A stretch of 64,000 nt of DNA from an uncultured Candidatus Saccharibacteria bacterium (GTDB lineage: Bacteria > Patescibacteriota > Saccharimonadia > Saccharimonadales > UBA4665): the NCBI GenBank assembly GCA_964552555.1, contig CAZKGK010000001.1, positions 78,851-142,850 of the forward strand, read 5' to 3'. The notes beneath the pieces were generated by a model, which searched no databases, was not told the DNA's origin, and worked only from the letters and a program-made list of their open reading frames with translations. Shown here one piece after another: positions 1 to 10,112 of the stretch. Numbering within the stretch: position 1 is the stretch's first letter; each line of letters opens with the position of its first letter. The position numbers were made by a program, and so were the translations under genes.

Positions 1-2
1 AT

Positions 3-236
3 GTATACATTACCGAAGATTGGGATGGCGAGCCCCACGAGACCGAAGAAATGCGACCGAAGTGGTTCAAGCGTAATGCGCTACCATATGATGCTATGTG
101 GGGCGACGACAAAGTATGGTTACCAGAGATGCTAGCAGGCAAGCGTTTTCGCGGTACGTTCACCCTAGACAACAAAGACGATATTTTGCACTCAAAGATG
201 GTGTTCATTACTAACCAGGAGGAATTTACTACATGA
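3..236 (+). CDS. NUDIX hydrolase, MTH1/8-oxo-dGTPase-like (3' part only; runs off window start)
   Basis: Frame is open from nt 3: VYITEDWDGEPHETEEMRPKWF...LPYDAMWGDDKVWLP. This W-x-G-x-P-x-E-T-E-E-M-x-P-x-W-F / MWxDD pattern is typical of MTH1-like NUDIX C-termini. Confidence 0.75.
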   Translation, partial: VYITEDWDGEPHETEEMRPKWFKRNALPYDAMWGDDKVWLPEMLAGKRFRGTFTLDNKDDILHSKMVFITNQEEFTT

Positions 237-1171
237 CCCCAGACAAAGATACTATCCAAGAGTTATTTCTACCCGTCGGTAATGACCATCGCCTCTACGT
301 ACAAGAGTGGGGCAACCCCAAAGCAAATACGTCGCCCATCATTTTTCTGCATGGCGGACCCGGTGCTGGCTGCAACGACAAGCAAAAAGGCTTATTTAAT
401 CCTGCTAATCAACATGTTATCTTCTTCGACCAGCGCGGCAGCGGCCACAGTCAGCCATATGGCAGGCTGGAGCACAACACTACCGACGATCTCGTCAGCG
501 ACATCACAAAGATTGCTAATCACTTCGCATTTGATATGTTCACCATCACAGGCGGCTCCTGGGGCTCCTGCCTGGCGCTCACCTACGCAATACGACACCC
601 GAAGCGCGTCCACGCCATGGCACTACGCGGCATTTTTACGGGTGCCCAGGAAGAGCAAGACTACATCGATCAGGGAGGCTTTCGGACGTTCTTTCCCGAA
701 GTCTGGGAACGATTCGTGGAAGCGACGCCTAAAGAGCATCGCAAAAATCCAGCAGCCTATCATCATGCACAGATGCAGGGTGAAAATGTGGCTGCCGCCC
801 GTCGTTCGGCCTGCGCCTACTCCAACCTCGAGGGTGCTCTCATGAAACTTGATGACCGCTTCCGACCCACAGAACCAGAAGACCCACACTTTGATCCTGT
901 TTGCGCAACCATAGAATCACACTATCTATCTGCAGGATGTTTCTTACCGGATGACCGTTACATCCTTAAGAATGCACATAAGCTCACCATGCCTATCTGG
1001 CTCGTGCAGGGCCGCTACGACATGGTCTGTCCGCCAAAGACTGCATATGCGCTCCACAAACTACTACCAAACAGCCATCTTCTCTTTGCCATAGGGGGAC
1101 ACAGCGGCGGAGAACATGAAATTGAAAATATCCTGCGAACCATCCTACAGTCCCAAATTGGAACAATCTAG
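233..1171 (+). CDS. pip: Prolyl aminopeptidase (proline iminopeptidase, S33 family)
   Basis: Motifs FLHGGPG, DQRGSGHS, GGSWGS (nucleophile), GRYDMVCP and a GGH His motif. Confidence 0.92.
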   Translation: MTPDKDTIQELFLPVGNDHRLYVQEWGNPKANTSPIIFLHGGPGAGCNDKQKGLFNPANQHVIFFDQRGSGHSQPYGRLEHNTTDDLVSDITKIANHFAFDMFTITGGSWGSCLALTYAIRHPKRVHAMALRGIFTGAQEEQDYIDQGGFRTFFPEVWERFVEATPKEHRKNPAAYHHAQMQGENVAAARRSACAYSNLEGALMKLDDRFRPTEPEDPHFDPVCATIESHYLSAGCFLPDDRYILKNAHKLTMPIWLVQGRYDMVCPPKTAYALHKLLPNSHLLFAIGGHSGGEHEIENILRTILQSQIGTI

Positions 1172-1719
1172 TGTCAACTTCGGTCTGCATTATCTATGGA
1201 TTCTGTGAAGGCCCTCATATGGCAGGCACTATGCTGCATGCTCTGAAGCATGCTGGGTACACCATTATCAACGACCCGTACAAAGCAGACGTGGTTATTG
1301 CTCACTCCGGTGGCTGTTTCTTGGTGCCCAAAGATTTACCCGCAAAGCAAATCATCATGATCGGCCTAACCTACTGGCCGCATAAATCAATTCTTAGGGC
1401 GCTATTCGAAAAAAACTGGAACGACTTTCACTTTCACCGTCGATCTCGCAATGCGCGCCATTGGCTGCGTAAATTCATCTGGAACACGATTTATTTTTGG
1501 AATTGGCCCCACAATATCCGCATGCTGCGTGCTCGCAAGCGTGGTGAATTCTGGCACCTGAAACGGCTCACGCTCATCCGAAACGAAGAAGATAGCTTTT
1601 GTACACCAGACATAGCCAACATTCCATTCACGCACAAACCCGACTTTATTGAACTACCCGACCAACACGACGATTGTTGGCTACACCCTAAACACTACAT
1701 CGCTGTTATACAATACTAG
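1171..1719 (+). CDS. Hypothetical protein, possibly a truncated alpha/beta-hydrolase fold
   Basis: GTG start overlaps the pip stop; AHSGG nucleophile-elbow-like motif and a C-terminal D..HDD. Confidence 0.6.
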   Translation: MSTSVCIIYGFCEGPHMAGTMLHALKHAGYTIINDPYKADVVIAHSGGCFLVPKDLPAKQIIMIGLTYWPHKSILRALFEKNWNDFHFHRRSRNARHWLRKFIWNTIYFWNWPHNIRMLRARKRGEFWHLKRLTLIRNEEDSFCTPDIANIPFTHKPDFIELPDQHDDCWLHPKHYIAVIQY

Positions 1720-1723
1720 AGCT

Positions 1724-2515
1724 ATGGAACGAGAATACTGGCAACGCCAAGATGCACAAAAGCCGTTATTTCCGGATATGGCCTGGAGTCGACCCGAAAA
1801 TCGGATGCAGGCAGGCAAGTTACTCGTTGCGGGAGGCAACCTGCACGGTTTTGCTGCGCCTGCAGAAGCATATACCGAAGCAGTCAAGGCGGGTATTGGT
1901 ACGGCCCGGGTGCTACTCCCCAATGCAATACAAAAGATTGTGGGTCGAGTACTGGAAAACGGCGAGTTTGCCCCAAGCACACCAAGCGGGAGCTTCAGCC
2001 AGAAGGCCTTGGAAGAATTTCTATTTTCTGCTCACTGGGCAGATGCTGTACTACTCGCCGGGGATCTTGGGCGCAATAGCGAAACTGCCATCCTGCTTGA
2101 AAAATTTCTACACAAATACTCTCAGGCGGTCACTCTAACGAAAGATGCTGTAGATTATGCCGTCAGTGCACCACAAACGGTGCTACAGCGCGAGCACACC
2201 GCTCTAGTACTCAGCTTTAGCCAGTTGCAACGCCTCGGTACGGCAGCCAAGGTAGCAACCCCGATAGCGTTTAGCATGGACTTGTTACGTCTCGTGGAAT
2301 GGCTGCATGAATTTACTCTTACGCACCAGCCATATATTGTTGTAAAACATTTAGATACTATGCTTGTCGCCGTACGTGGGCGGGTGAGCACTACAAGACT
2401 CACTGACGAGCTCCCCATCTGGCGAATAGCTACCAGCGCCCACATAGCAGTATGGTGGCTACAAAATCCCGCAAAACCGTTTGAAGCGCTCACTGCAGCA
2501 CTCGCTACAAAGTAA
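1724..2515 (+). CDS. nnrD: NAD(P)H-hydrate dehydratase-like protein (YjeF C-terminal/NnrD family), degenerate
   Basis: GKLLVAGG...AVKAGIGTARVLLP and LAGDLGRNSET match the family. The start is taken at ATG 1724 (MEREYW). The C-terminal GSGD motif is not seen. Confidence 0.7.
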   Translation: MEREYWQRQDAQKPLFPDMAWSRPENRMQAGKLLVAGGNLHGFAAPAEAYTEAVKAGIGTARVLLPNAIQKIVGRVLENGEFAPSTPSGSFSQKALEEFLFSAHWADAVLLAGDLGRNSETAILLEKFLHKYSQAVTLTKDAVDYAVSAPQTVLQREHTALVLSFSQLQRLGTAAKVATPIAFSMDLLRLVEWLHEFTLTHQPYIVVKHLDTMLVAVRGRVSTTRLTDELPIWRIATSAHIAVWWLQNPAKPFEALTAALATK

Positions 2516-2546
2516 AAAGGTCTCGCAATTGAGACCTTTTTACTTT
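2509..2546. terminator. Bidirectional intrinsic terminator between nnrD and tRNA-Leu
   Basis: Perfect 16-bp inverted repeat AAAGTAAAAAGGTCTC / GAGACCTTTTTACTTT with a 6-nt loop and A/T tracts on both sides. Confidence 0.85.
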
Positions 2547-2632
2547 GGTGGGCGAGGAGGGAATCGAACCCTCACGAGTATAAGCTCACAGGATTTTGAG
2601 TCCAGCGCGTCTACCAATTCCGCCACCCGCCC
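2546..2632 (-). tRNA. tRNA-Leu (anticodon CAA), CCA encoded
   Basis: Reverse complement GGGCGGGTGGCGGAATTGGTAGACGCGCTGGACTCAAAATCCTG...GGGTTCGATTCCCTCCTCGCCCACCA has a D-arm, CT-CAA-AA loop, long variable arm and TTCGA T-loop. Confidence 0.97.
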
Positions 2633-2715
2633 GAATTCCGTACATATTACTTGGTAGGCTTACAGCAACCGATTGTACTATACTTGAGAGGATAAGGCGA
2701 GCATAAGCCACATAC

Positions 2716-4068
2716 ATGAACGGACTATTCCCAGACGAATCAAATCAAACCAAGCGCGATGACGCCAGTTATGTGCTACCCCGAGCCGAACGACGCATTG
2801 AGCCAGTAAGCAAAGATAGTGCTAATCCGGCAGCAGATCTCATCCGTCGCAAGATAGAAGACCTCTATGCAGCGGAACCCAGCGCGAAAGAAGAGCTAAA
2901 AGAGGTTCAATCCGGGCCACAAACCAAACACCAAGCCTTCATGCACGAGTTGAGTACCTCTGGAAAATCGCTTGCCGAGATCCAATCTGCCTGGCACGGC
3001 TATTACGCTAACCTACCCGACGATGAAAAACGTGCAGTATGGCAAGAATTCTATGCCGCCAACGCCAGCGCCCCTGCGCATACATCACCCACGCCACGCA
3101 CCAGGATCATACAACAGCGAAGCAGCGCACTCACAAAGCCTCGTATTATGGGCAAATCCCTGCCCGCAGTCGCTGCGCCATCCCATTCGCAAACACTACC
3201 TCAGCAAGTAGCGGAACGACCAAAGCCACGTGTCGTTGTACTAGAGCCAGAACCAATTCCACACCGGCCCACCGACCGTCGCAGTGTCGCCACCATACGC
3301 AGGCAAGTACTCAAAAAAGTACGCGATCAAGGTATGGCGAACGTCAAGGCCAAGCATCATGTCCAATCGCTTGCTTTTGGACTTGGCCTCGGCGCTTTAG
3401 TGGTACTCATCTTTCTGTTTAGTTTCTTTAACGAGGTTATTATTGCGCCTTTCATCCAGCCTAATAACCACGCCGAAGCTACACCAATTATTCTCAGCCA
3501 AGGCAGTCTCGCTCCGAGCAGCACACCTGAAGTCATTATTCCCAAAATCAATGTAGAACTACCCGTTATTTATGGCACATCCACAAATGAAAATGATGTC
3601 GAAAACTCTCTTGAAGACGGCGTCGTACACTACGGCAGCACGTCAGTGCCTGGGCAGCAAGGAAATACTGCCTTCTTTGGCCATTCTAGTAATAATATCT
3701 TTAATCCTGGTAAATATAAGTTTGCCTTCGTGCTACTGCACGAAATAGTGCCAGGCGACATCTTCTATCTCACCTATAATGGCAAGGTCTTTACCTATCG
3801 TGTGTTCCAAAAGCAAGTTGTAGAGCCTACCGACGTCTGGGTACTCAACCCAGTACAAGGCAAAACAGCCACTGCAGCACTTATTACGTGCGACCCGCCG
3901 GGCACAAGCCTACATCGGCTCGTAGTGTGGGGCGAACAGATAGATCCAGACCCAGTCGCCAATACCGGCGCACCTGCAGTCGCACAGACCACATCACACC
4001 CCACTGAGCTCGCCTCAAATGGTCCAACACTTTGGAGTCGAGTATGGCACTGGGCGACCCCTTGGTAA
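2716..4068 (+). CDS. Sortase family protein with a long cytoplasmic N-terminal extension
   Basis: One TM helix (LAFGLGLGALVVLIFLFSFF) precedes a sortase domain with catalytic H (FGHSS), LITCDP and R (HRLVV). Confidence 0.88.
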   Translation: MNGLFPDESNQTKRDDASYVLPRAERRIEPVSKDSANPAADLIRRKIEDLYAAEPSAKEELKEVQSGPQTKHQAFMHELSTSGKSLAEIQSAWHGYYANLPDDEKRAVWQEFYAANASAPAHTSPTPRTRIIQQRSSALTKPRIMGKSLPAVAAPSHSQTLPQQVAERPKPRVVVLEPEPIPHRPTDRRSVATIRRQVLKKVRDQGMANVKAKHHVQSLAFGLGLGALVVLIFLFSFFNEVIIAPFIQPNNHAEATPIILSQGSLAPSSTPEVIIPKINVELPVIYGTSTNENDVENSLEDGVVHYGSTSVPGQQGNTAFFGHSSNNIFNPGKYKFAFVLLHEIVPGDIFYLTYNGKVFTYRVFQKQVVEPTDVWVLNPVQGKTATAALITCDPPGTSLHRLVVWGEQIDPDPVANTGAPAVAQTTSHPTELASNGPTLWSRVWHWATPW

Positions 4069-4074
4069 TTCTAT

Positions 4075-5556
4075 CTACTTGTCTTCTGGCGTCAAAAACG
4101 TCGTACTAGTCAGCGCATTCTGGGCGCTCATGGTGTACATAAATGTATAGTTATCATTAAAGAGTGGCAAGTAACTCGGGCTCGCGGCAGACAGGCCTTG
4201 AACATTTGCACCATCAAAGTCGAATACTTGTACCTTGCCACCGCTCACTAGATCGAGGTGGTAGCCATCCATCCAGGCAGCATGTGTCTGTGGCGCATCA
4301 AGTGGCGTCTTTACCTGATAGGCGTATCCCTTGTCCGTCTGGGCGTCATAAACCGCGAAATGATCGGCGTTCTCAGCCATAACAAAGCGAGCGTTATCGG
4401 AGAATACTAAATATGTAGGATTCGTTACTTTTAAAATTTGCACTGGCGCTACGACGCTAGAAGGAGCATCCTTGAGCTCAGCAATAGGATCCTCGTAAAC
4501 GTACACCTTATTTTCACTCTGCGCACCGGCAGCGACATATGGCGTTCCGTCGTAGGTCGCCAGATCGAGCAAGTATGTATTGCCAGCCGACACCGTGCGC
4601 AAGGTATGAGCTGGATCAGCATTCTGTCGCAAACGGATCAGCACCTTGCCAGTAGTGGCGTCTTGAGACGTTGCATAAAGCACGGTATTTTTATCCGCGG
4701 TGAAGTTCAGCACTTTCTCTAGGTACAGCTGCGGCGTTGGCTTTTTCAGCGTGGCAGTAAAAACTGTGCCATTAGGTTGATCATAGGCATAGTATTGATC
4801 ATAGGCATTATTGCGTAGCTCGATAGTTGTCGGCGTAAAACCAAGTAGTTGGCTAAGATTCTTAGACTGCGTCGGGTCTTGTGTATCAAGCAATATATAT
4901 TCACTGCCGGCGCTGCCGTCTTTCTGATTTTGGTAATTGCGGCGAAGCAGGGCATGTCGATTATCTCCAGCCCACTTCACAAGCTGCCAATTTTGGGTAT
5001 CCGTACTGGCGGTGAGCACTTCTGCTGGTATGGTCAATGTCTTAGAGATTGGCTTTGTGGCATTACCAAGATCGAAAAGATCGAAATCATTCGTGCCGGG
5101 AGGGGTCACTAGTAACCAGCGACGGTCATTACTTTCAACGGCCAGAGCTGGGGCAGCACTATACTGCTTCACGGCAGTCGTTACGAGCTTCTTCGGGAAG
5201 AGCACAGAATAGTCAAACCGCTCTACACTGCCACCATCCACCGTGATCACACGCTTCCAGTCACGGTACCCGCTACGCGTAATCCGTACGGTGTATTGAC
5301 CCGCAGGGACGGTCATGCGTGTATTAGTCTGCGACTTATACTTCTGGTTATTCACATATATATCAGCACTTTTGGGCTGTGACGAAAGAAATACCAATCC
5401 GTTCTGAATAACTTGGCCATTTTTATCAATGCCAAATCCATAGGCCTGATATACCAAAATGGTAGTAGCCAGTACTAGGGCTAGTCCGATAAGTGCATAT
5501 CCGACGCCCAAACGAATTGCGTGCGATTTTTGTTTTTTGGGATCAAAGAAATCCAT
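4075..5556 (-). CDS. PEGA domain-containing membrane-anchored protein with a probable beta-propeller C-terminus
   Basis: N-terminal TM, then LSSQPKSADIYVN...VPAGQYTVRITRSGYRDW (PEGA signature), then beta-rich repeats. Confidence 0.8.
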   Translation of the reverse strand: MDFFDPKKQKSHAIRLGVGYALIGLALVLATTILVYQAYGFGIDKNGQVIQNGLVFLSSQPKSADIYVNNQKYKSQTNTRMTVPAGQYTVRITRSGYRDWKRVITVDGGSVERFDYSVLFPKKLVTTAVKQYSAAPALAVESNDRRWLLVTPPGTNDFDLFDLGNATKPISKTLTIPAEVLTASTDTQNWQLVKWAGDNRHALLRRNYQNQKDGSAGSEYILLDTQDPTQSKNLSQLLGFTPTTIELRNNAYDQYYAYDQPNGTVFTATLKKPTPQLYLEKVLNFTADKNTVLYATSQDATTGKVLIRLRQNADPAHTLRTVSAGNTYLLDLATYDGTPYVAAGAQSENKVYVYEDPIAELKDAPSSVVAPVQILKVTNPTYLVFSDNARFVMAENADHFAVYDAQTDKGYAYQVKTPLDAPQTHAAWMDGYHLDLVSGGKVQVFDFDGANVQGLSAASPSYLPLFNDNYTFMYTMSAQNALTSTTFLTPEDK

Positions 5557-5619
5557 AACAGGTCACTCTATTATATGTCACACCCCACCCCATATTGCAA
5601 CTACTTTTACGGGGATCGG

Positions 5620-6444
5620 CTACTCGAGCATATTTCGACTGTCGAGTGGTTCCATGAGCATGTGCGTCCATTCCTCAAAGCTTGGCGGGCAGTCCAAACG
5701 CGTCGAAGGCTCAAACTGAACTTGCAAATCGCGAGCAAATGCGCCGCTCTGCAAGGAGTCAACAATAAATTGTTCGGGCACCGCATCATCGTCTGTCACC
5801 ATCCACTCGCCGCTCCCTTGCGTATAGCCGGTCCTTATCTGACCCCTGGCACCTTGCTCGTAGCGAACCGACTGAAAAAAAGTCATAGAGTCATAAAAAC
5901 GCAGGAGTCGTAGGTCTACAATAGTCGTAGGCCCACTCTCCAAATGATTCTTCTGCGTAAAGTCAAATTCCACCACTGCAGGATTTGTATCTTCTTCGGC
6001 ACCAAATCGCTTCACATAGCCTCGTGCTCGCTCACCAAGCAACACACCCTCGCCAAGCGTATGAGCTAGTTCCTCGTACCTCGCCACTCCTTCGCCAAAA
6101 AACTGCCCATGGGGAGAGACAGTAATGTCGGCTGCCTGGGTAACGGGCGGTACGCCTGTGCTTCTTTCCAACATATATCGATTATCCTCAAAAGATTCAC
6201 GCTGCAAGTCTATACGCTCAGAGACATCACCGTCTAGCCTGCGCACCACGACAGTCTCAGCTGCGTGCATAGGATAGGCAGCATCCCAAAATTGGTCACC
6301 ATGAGGATCGTCGCCACGATAGGTGAATGTGCAAAGTGAGTCAACGGCATACTTGGCCGCCTCTAGCACAATATGAGCCCTCTGGATCTCGCCATATTCC
6401 ACAGGCCGGAGTTCCGACGGGCTAGGAAAGTGACCATTTATCAT
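5620..6444 (-). CDS. Hypothetical protein (274 aa)
   Basis: Long ORF with natural composition filling the gap; no family recognised. Confidence 0.65.
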   Translation of the reverse strand: MINGHFPSPSELRPVEYGEIQRAHIVLEAAKYAVDSLCTFTYRGDDPHGDQFWDAAYPMHAAETVVVRRLDGDVSERIDLQRESFEDNRYMLERSTGVPPVTQAADITVSPHGQFFGEGVARYEELAHTLGEGVLLGERARGYVKRFGAEEDTNPAVVEFDFTQKNHLESGPTTIVDLRLLRFYDSMTFFQSVRYEQGARGQIRTGYTQGSGEWMVTDDDAVPEQFIVDSLQSGAFARDLQVQFEPSTRLDCPPSFEEWTHMLMEPLDSRNMLE

Positions 6445-6603
6445 TATTATATAATGACATAAATATTAATAAAATACAATCAGCATGCTGGTCTAGGCTT
6501 GCCTGATAAAAGCATCATCGAACCGTTTTTCTCGCTTGCCATAAGCGGTTCAGACGCGTTAAGATACTTATAATGTACGCTTAGGCGACGAGGGTAACAA
6601 TAG

Positions 6604-7785
6604 GTGAGTCAAAACGTTATTGAGCTAAACGGTAAACGTTATGACGCCATTACAGGCGCATATCTCGGTAAGAGTACCGCAAAAACAGTGCTCCATGCCC
6701 AACAAAAAATGCAGGGTAAAGTAATTGATGGCTTTATTCGGCAAAGTGTCAGGCCGACACTACACACTGTACCAATCACACCAGTAAAGCAGGCCACAAA
6801 AAAGAAGCTACCCATTTCGGCAGCGGCTGCCAAGAAAGAAAAAGAAGCGGTACCGACAGCGGTTATCGCTACACCCAAACAACGTGCCGAGCACAAACAC
6901 ACGACCGGCGTCTCAGTGGCGCATCACCGACCAGAACACGCCAAGACGCTCATGCGACACACCGTTCAAAAGCCGGAGATGAACCTCAAACCAGCAATTA
7001 AAACTCAGGCTCCTGCTGAAATCGCGGCAAAGCCCGCATCAGCAATAGCTCGCAAGCCCTCGGCCACACGAGTCGACCCTACGAGACTAGAACGAGCCAA
7101 GCACGCCATAAAGCACGTGGCAGTACGCCGTTTTCCTTCAGAAAAAAAGGGAATTGAATCAATTGACTACACCTCGACTGTAGCCCTGAAACATGTTCCG
7201 ATCATACCGGTGCGTGCACATCCTGTAGCTGTCGAGCGGGCCACGCCGGTCACGGCAAAACGGCCAGACATGTTTGAAGCCGCTATCAAACATGCCAAAA
7301 GTCATGAGGAGCCACTCCACAAACGGCGCCGAGCACATCGCAGACTCGTAAATACCGTTGCCATAGTGTCCACCTTCTTGATACTTGGTGGCTTCGTAAC
7401 ATATCTTAATTTGCCCAATATTCAGTTACACATCGCTTCAGTCCAGGCTGGCTTTCACGCAACAATTCCGGACTATACGCCAACTGGCTACGCGCTACAG
7501 GGTGGCGTCAATCATACTGGGGGCACGATCAGCATGCGATTCACCTCTGGCGACAGCAGCTATCAGGTCACCGAGCAGTCTTCTAATTGGAACAGCCAGA
7601 CATTGCTCGATAACACATTGGCGCTCTCTGGCCAGCACGAAACTATCGAACGCGGTGGTCGCACTATTTATATCTACGCGAACGGCGCCAACGCATCATG
7701 GGTAACGGGAAGTGTCCGCTATGACATCACCGGCACGGCCAGTTTAAGCCCGGATGAGCTAGCCAATATCGCCTCAAGTATGTAG
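6604..7785 (+). CDS. Membrane-anchored protein with basic N-terminus and DUF4367-like C-terminal domain
   Basis: Starts with NVIELNGKRYDAITG; one TM helix; C-terminal IPDYTPTGY...YIYANGANASWVTGSVRYDITG...LSPDELANIASSM. Confidence 0.72.
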   Translation: MSQNVIELNGKRYDAITGAYLGKSTAKTVLHAQQKMQGKVIDGFIRQSVRPTLHTVPITPVKQATKKKLPISAAAAKKEKEAVPTAVIATPKQRAEHKHTTGVSVAHHRPEHAKTLMRHTVQKPEMNLKPAIKTQAPAEIAAKPASAIARKPSATRVDPTRLERAKHAIKHVAVRRFPSEKKGIESIDYTSTVALKHVPIIPVRAHPVAVERATPVTAKRPDMFEAAIKHAKSHEEPLHKRRRAHRRLVNTVAIVSTFLILGGFVTYLNLPNIQLHIASVQAGFHATIPDYTPTGYALQGGVNHTGGTISMRFTSGDSSYQVTEQSSNWNSQTLLDNTLALSGQHETIERGGRTIYIYANGANASWVTGSVRYDITGTASLSPDELANIASSM

Positions 7786-7828
7786 TAGCAACTTGTCAGA
7801 CGAGGGAAGATTGCTCAATAATACAACT

Positions 7829-8596
7829 ATGAGCAAGATCCAGCAGCCTTTTTCAGTTATCTTTTGGAATGTCTGGGTTGAGAGTCAACTCGCTACCGAT
7901 AAACTCCGCGCACTCTGTCGTCGCTTCGACGAACTTATTGCTAAATACGATCCTGATGCCTTTGGCCTAAACGAAGTACTCAGTCACAGCCGCGGGCTGC
8001 CGCCATTACTAAAACACCTAGAAAGCAGGGGATACCGTGTATTCTTTGCACCTTTCAGCCCCGAAAAGAATGGATACTACGGAGGATCAGCGTTCGTGAG
8101 CAAGGTTGATCCACTAGGCATTGATATACACGAGCTAGGGCCAGATAAGCACGGTGAGCGGCACGGATACCCAGGCCACACCATTAAAATAATCCGTGCA
8201 AGTATGCTGCATGCCGGCATGCCGGTGAATGTAGTCGTAAGCTACCTCGCACACCTCGTGCCATATAACTGGGCAGCACATACAAAACAATATCGGAATT
8301 TCAGGGCGCTCATGCGTATGCCAGATCTGCAAACGGGCACAATTATAGGCGGTGATTTCAATCGGTTTAAGTTCCTTCCACCACTGCGCGGCGGCACGCG
8401 CCGCTACGGACGTGCAACCGGCACCTTACTACATCCCACATGGAAGCTAATCGGCAAGATTCCCCTCATTCAGGCCAACTACGACAATATCCTCTGGACT
8501 ACCTGTGGCAAATTGCTGTTACGCGACTTTCGTGTACTAGATCGCCATCCTTCCGACCATGCGCCTCTCTATGCGAGCTTCATGGTGGAACCTTAG
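7829..8596 (+). CDS. Endonuclease/exonuclease/phosphatase (EEP) family protein
   Basis: Motifs FWNV, LNEV, GGDFN, YDNI and SDHAP. Start taken at ATG 7829. Confidence 0.85.
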   Translation: MSKIQQPFSVIFWNVWVESQLATDKLRALCRRFDELIAKYDPDAFGLNEVLSHSRGLPPLLKHLESRGYRVFFAPFSPEKNGYYGGSAFVSKVDPLGIDIHELGPDKHGERHGYPGHTIKIIRASMLHAGMPVNVVVSYLAHLVPYNWAAHTKQYRNFRALMRMPDLQTGTIIGGDFNRFKFLPPLRGGTRRYGRATGTLLHPTWKLIGKIPLIQANYDNILWTTCGKLLLRDFRVLDRHPSDHAPLYASFMVEP

Positions 8597-8639
8597 GCAA
8601 CAGATAGACTTCGCCTCTGTTTACGGCTATAATTACTGC

Positions 8640-10070
8640 ATGAATCAACCTGCTCGTACTCGTTTTGCGCCCAGCCCAACTGGGTATATGCACGTCGGTG
8701 GCGTTCGTACTGCACTATTCGCTTGGCTTGTCGCACGACAAACGGGGGGACAATTTATTTTGCGTCTTGAAGATACCGACAAGGTTCGAGAGGTTGCTGG
8801 CTCTGCCGAGCACATCATGGAATCATTACGCTGGCTAGGCCTAAATTGGGACGAGGGCATTGACGTTGGTGGCCCGTATGCACCATACAAACAAAGTGAA
8901 CGCTTAGATACCTACAAACAGTGGGCGCATACACTTATCGAGAAAGGACGGGCCTATGCTGATCCGTATACGCCCGCAGAAGTAGAGTCTTTCCGCGACG
9001 AAGCCAAGGCAACAAAAAAACCCTTCCTATTCCGTGATCATCGACCTGAAAATCCCCCCACATGGGATGGTACGCAACCGCTGCGTTTTAAAAGTGATCC
9101 AAAAGAATATACCTGGCAGGATGCTTGCCTAGGAGAACTCCATGCTGGAGCCGAAGCGATAGACGACTTTATTCTCATAAAGAGTGATGGCTACCCAACG
9201 TATAACTTCTGCCACATTATTGACGACTTACTTATGAAATGTACGCATATCATTCGTTCACAAGAGTTCATCGCCAGCGTGCCGAAATACCTTAACCTGT
9301 ATGAAGCTCTAGAGATACAGCCACCAGTACTTGCCACTGTGCCATACGTCATGGGCCCCGACGGCAAAAAGAAACTCAGTAAGCGCGACGGTGCCAAGGA
9401 TATTTTAGACTACGCACGCGAAGGCTATCTACCTGAGACACTGGTTAACTTTATGGCTACCCTCGGATGGAACGACGGCACCGAGAAAGAAATCTTTACG
9501 GTGCCTGAGCTTATAGATGCATTTAAACTCGACCGAGTCCAGCGCGGCGGAGCCAAGTTCGATGAACAACGCCTGCTATGGATGAATGGAGCACATATTC
9601 GCGAGCTGGCGCTCGATGATCTCTATACCAAAGTAGAAACATTCTGGTCAGAAGCAGCCCGGGCATATGATGCAGACTACAAAAAACGAGTCTTGTCCCT
9701 GGTGCAAGAGCGGTTGAAGTATTTCGCGGAGCTTCCGAATCTCACGCAATTCTTTTTTACGGATTTACCCGTGCAACCCTCGCTTTGGACCAACCATAAA
9801 CAGCTCAAAAAACTTGATACCAGCGAGCTAAGGCAATTATTAGAGAAGAGCAGGGCGACGCTCGCAGACAGTGATTTCACACTACCTGATATTACTACCA
9901 GGTTGAATAACTTATTAGAACAGACAAGCCAAAAACCGGCAGTACTTTTTAGCCTGATTCGCATTGCCAGCACGCAGGCCCCAGCTAGCCCCAGCCTGGC
10001 CGAGACCCTTGAGGTAATCGGCAAAGAAGTCAGCCTCGCTCGTATCGACACCATGCTTGCTACCTTATAA
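8640..10070 (+). CDS. gltX: Glutamate--tRNA ligase
   Basis: RTRFAPSPTGYMHVGG (HIGH), LRLEDTD and KLSKRDG (KMSKS). Start taken at ATG 8640. Confidence 0.97.
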   Translation: MNQPARTRFAPSPTGYMHVGGVRTALFAWLVARQTGGQFILRLEDTDKVREVAGSAEHIMESLRWLGLNWDEGIDVGGPYAPYKQSERLDTYKQWAHTLIEKGRAYADPYTPAEVESFRDEAKATKKPFLFRDHRPENPPTWDGTQPLRFKSDPKEYTWQDACLGELHAGAEAIDDFILIKSDGYPTYNFCHIIDDLLMKCTHIIRSQEFIASVPKYLNLYEALEIQPPVLATVPYVMGPDGKKKLSKRDGAKDILDYAREGYLPETLVNFMATLGWNDGTEKEIFTVPELIDAFKLDRVQRGGAKFDEQRLLWMNGAHIRELALDDLYTKVETFWSEAARAYDADYKKRVLSLVQERLKYFAELPNLTQFFFTDLPVQPSLWTNHKQLKKLDTSELRQLLEKSRATLADSDFTLPDITTRLNNLLEQTSQKPAVLFSLIRIASTQAPASPSLAETLEVIGKEVSLARIDTMLATL

Positions 10071-10112
10071 AAGCGGGCGCGTAAGCAACCATAAGCTGTT
10101 ACAATGAAAACC

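Noticed and set aside
6590-6600. GAGGGTAACAA in a leader, complementary to a loop of the candidate ncRNA; GGTAAC also in the 41073 and mraY leaders
   Set aside because: An 11-nt match is expected by chance when a 430-nt RNA is compared with 64 kb.
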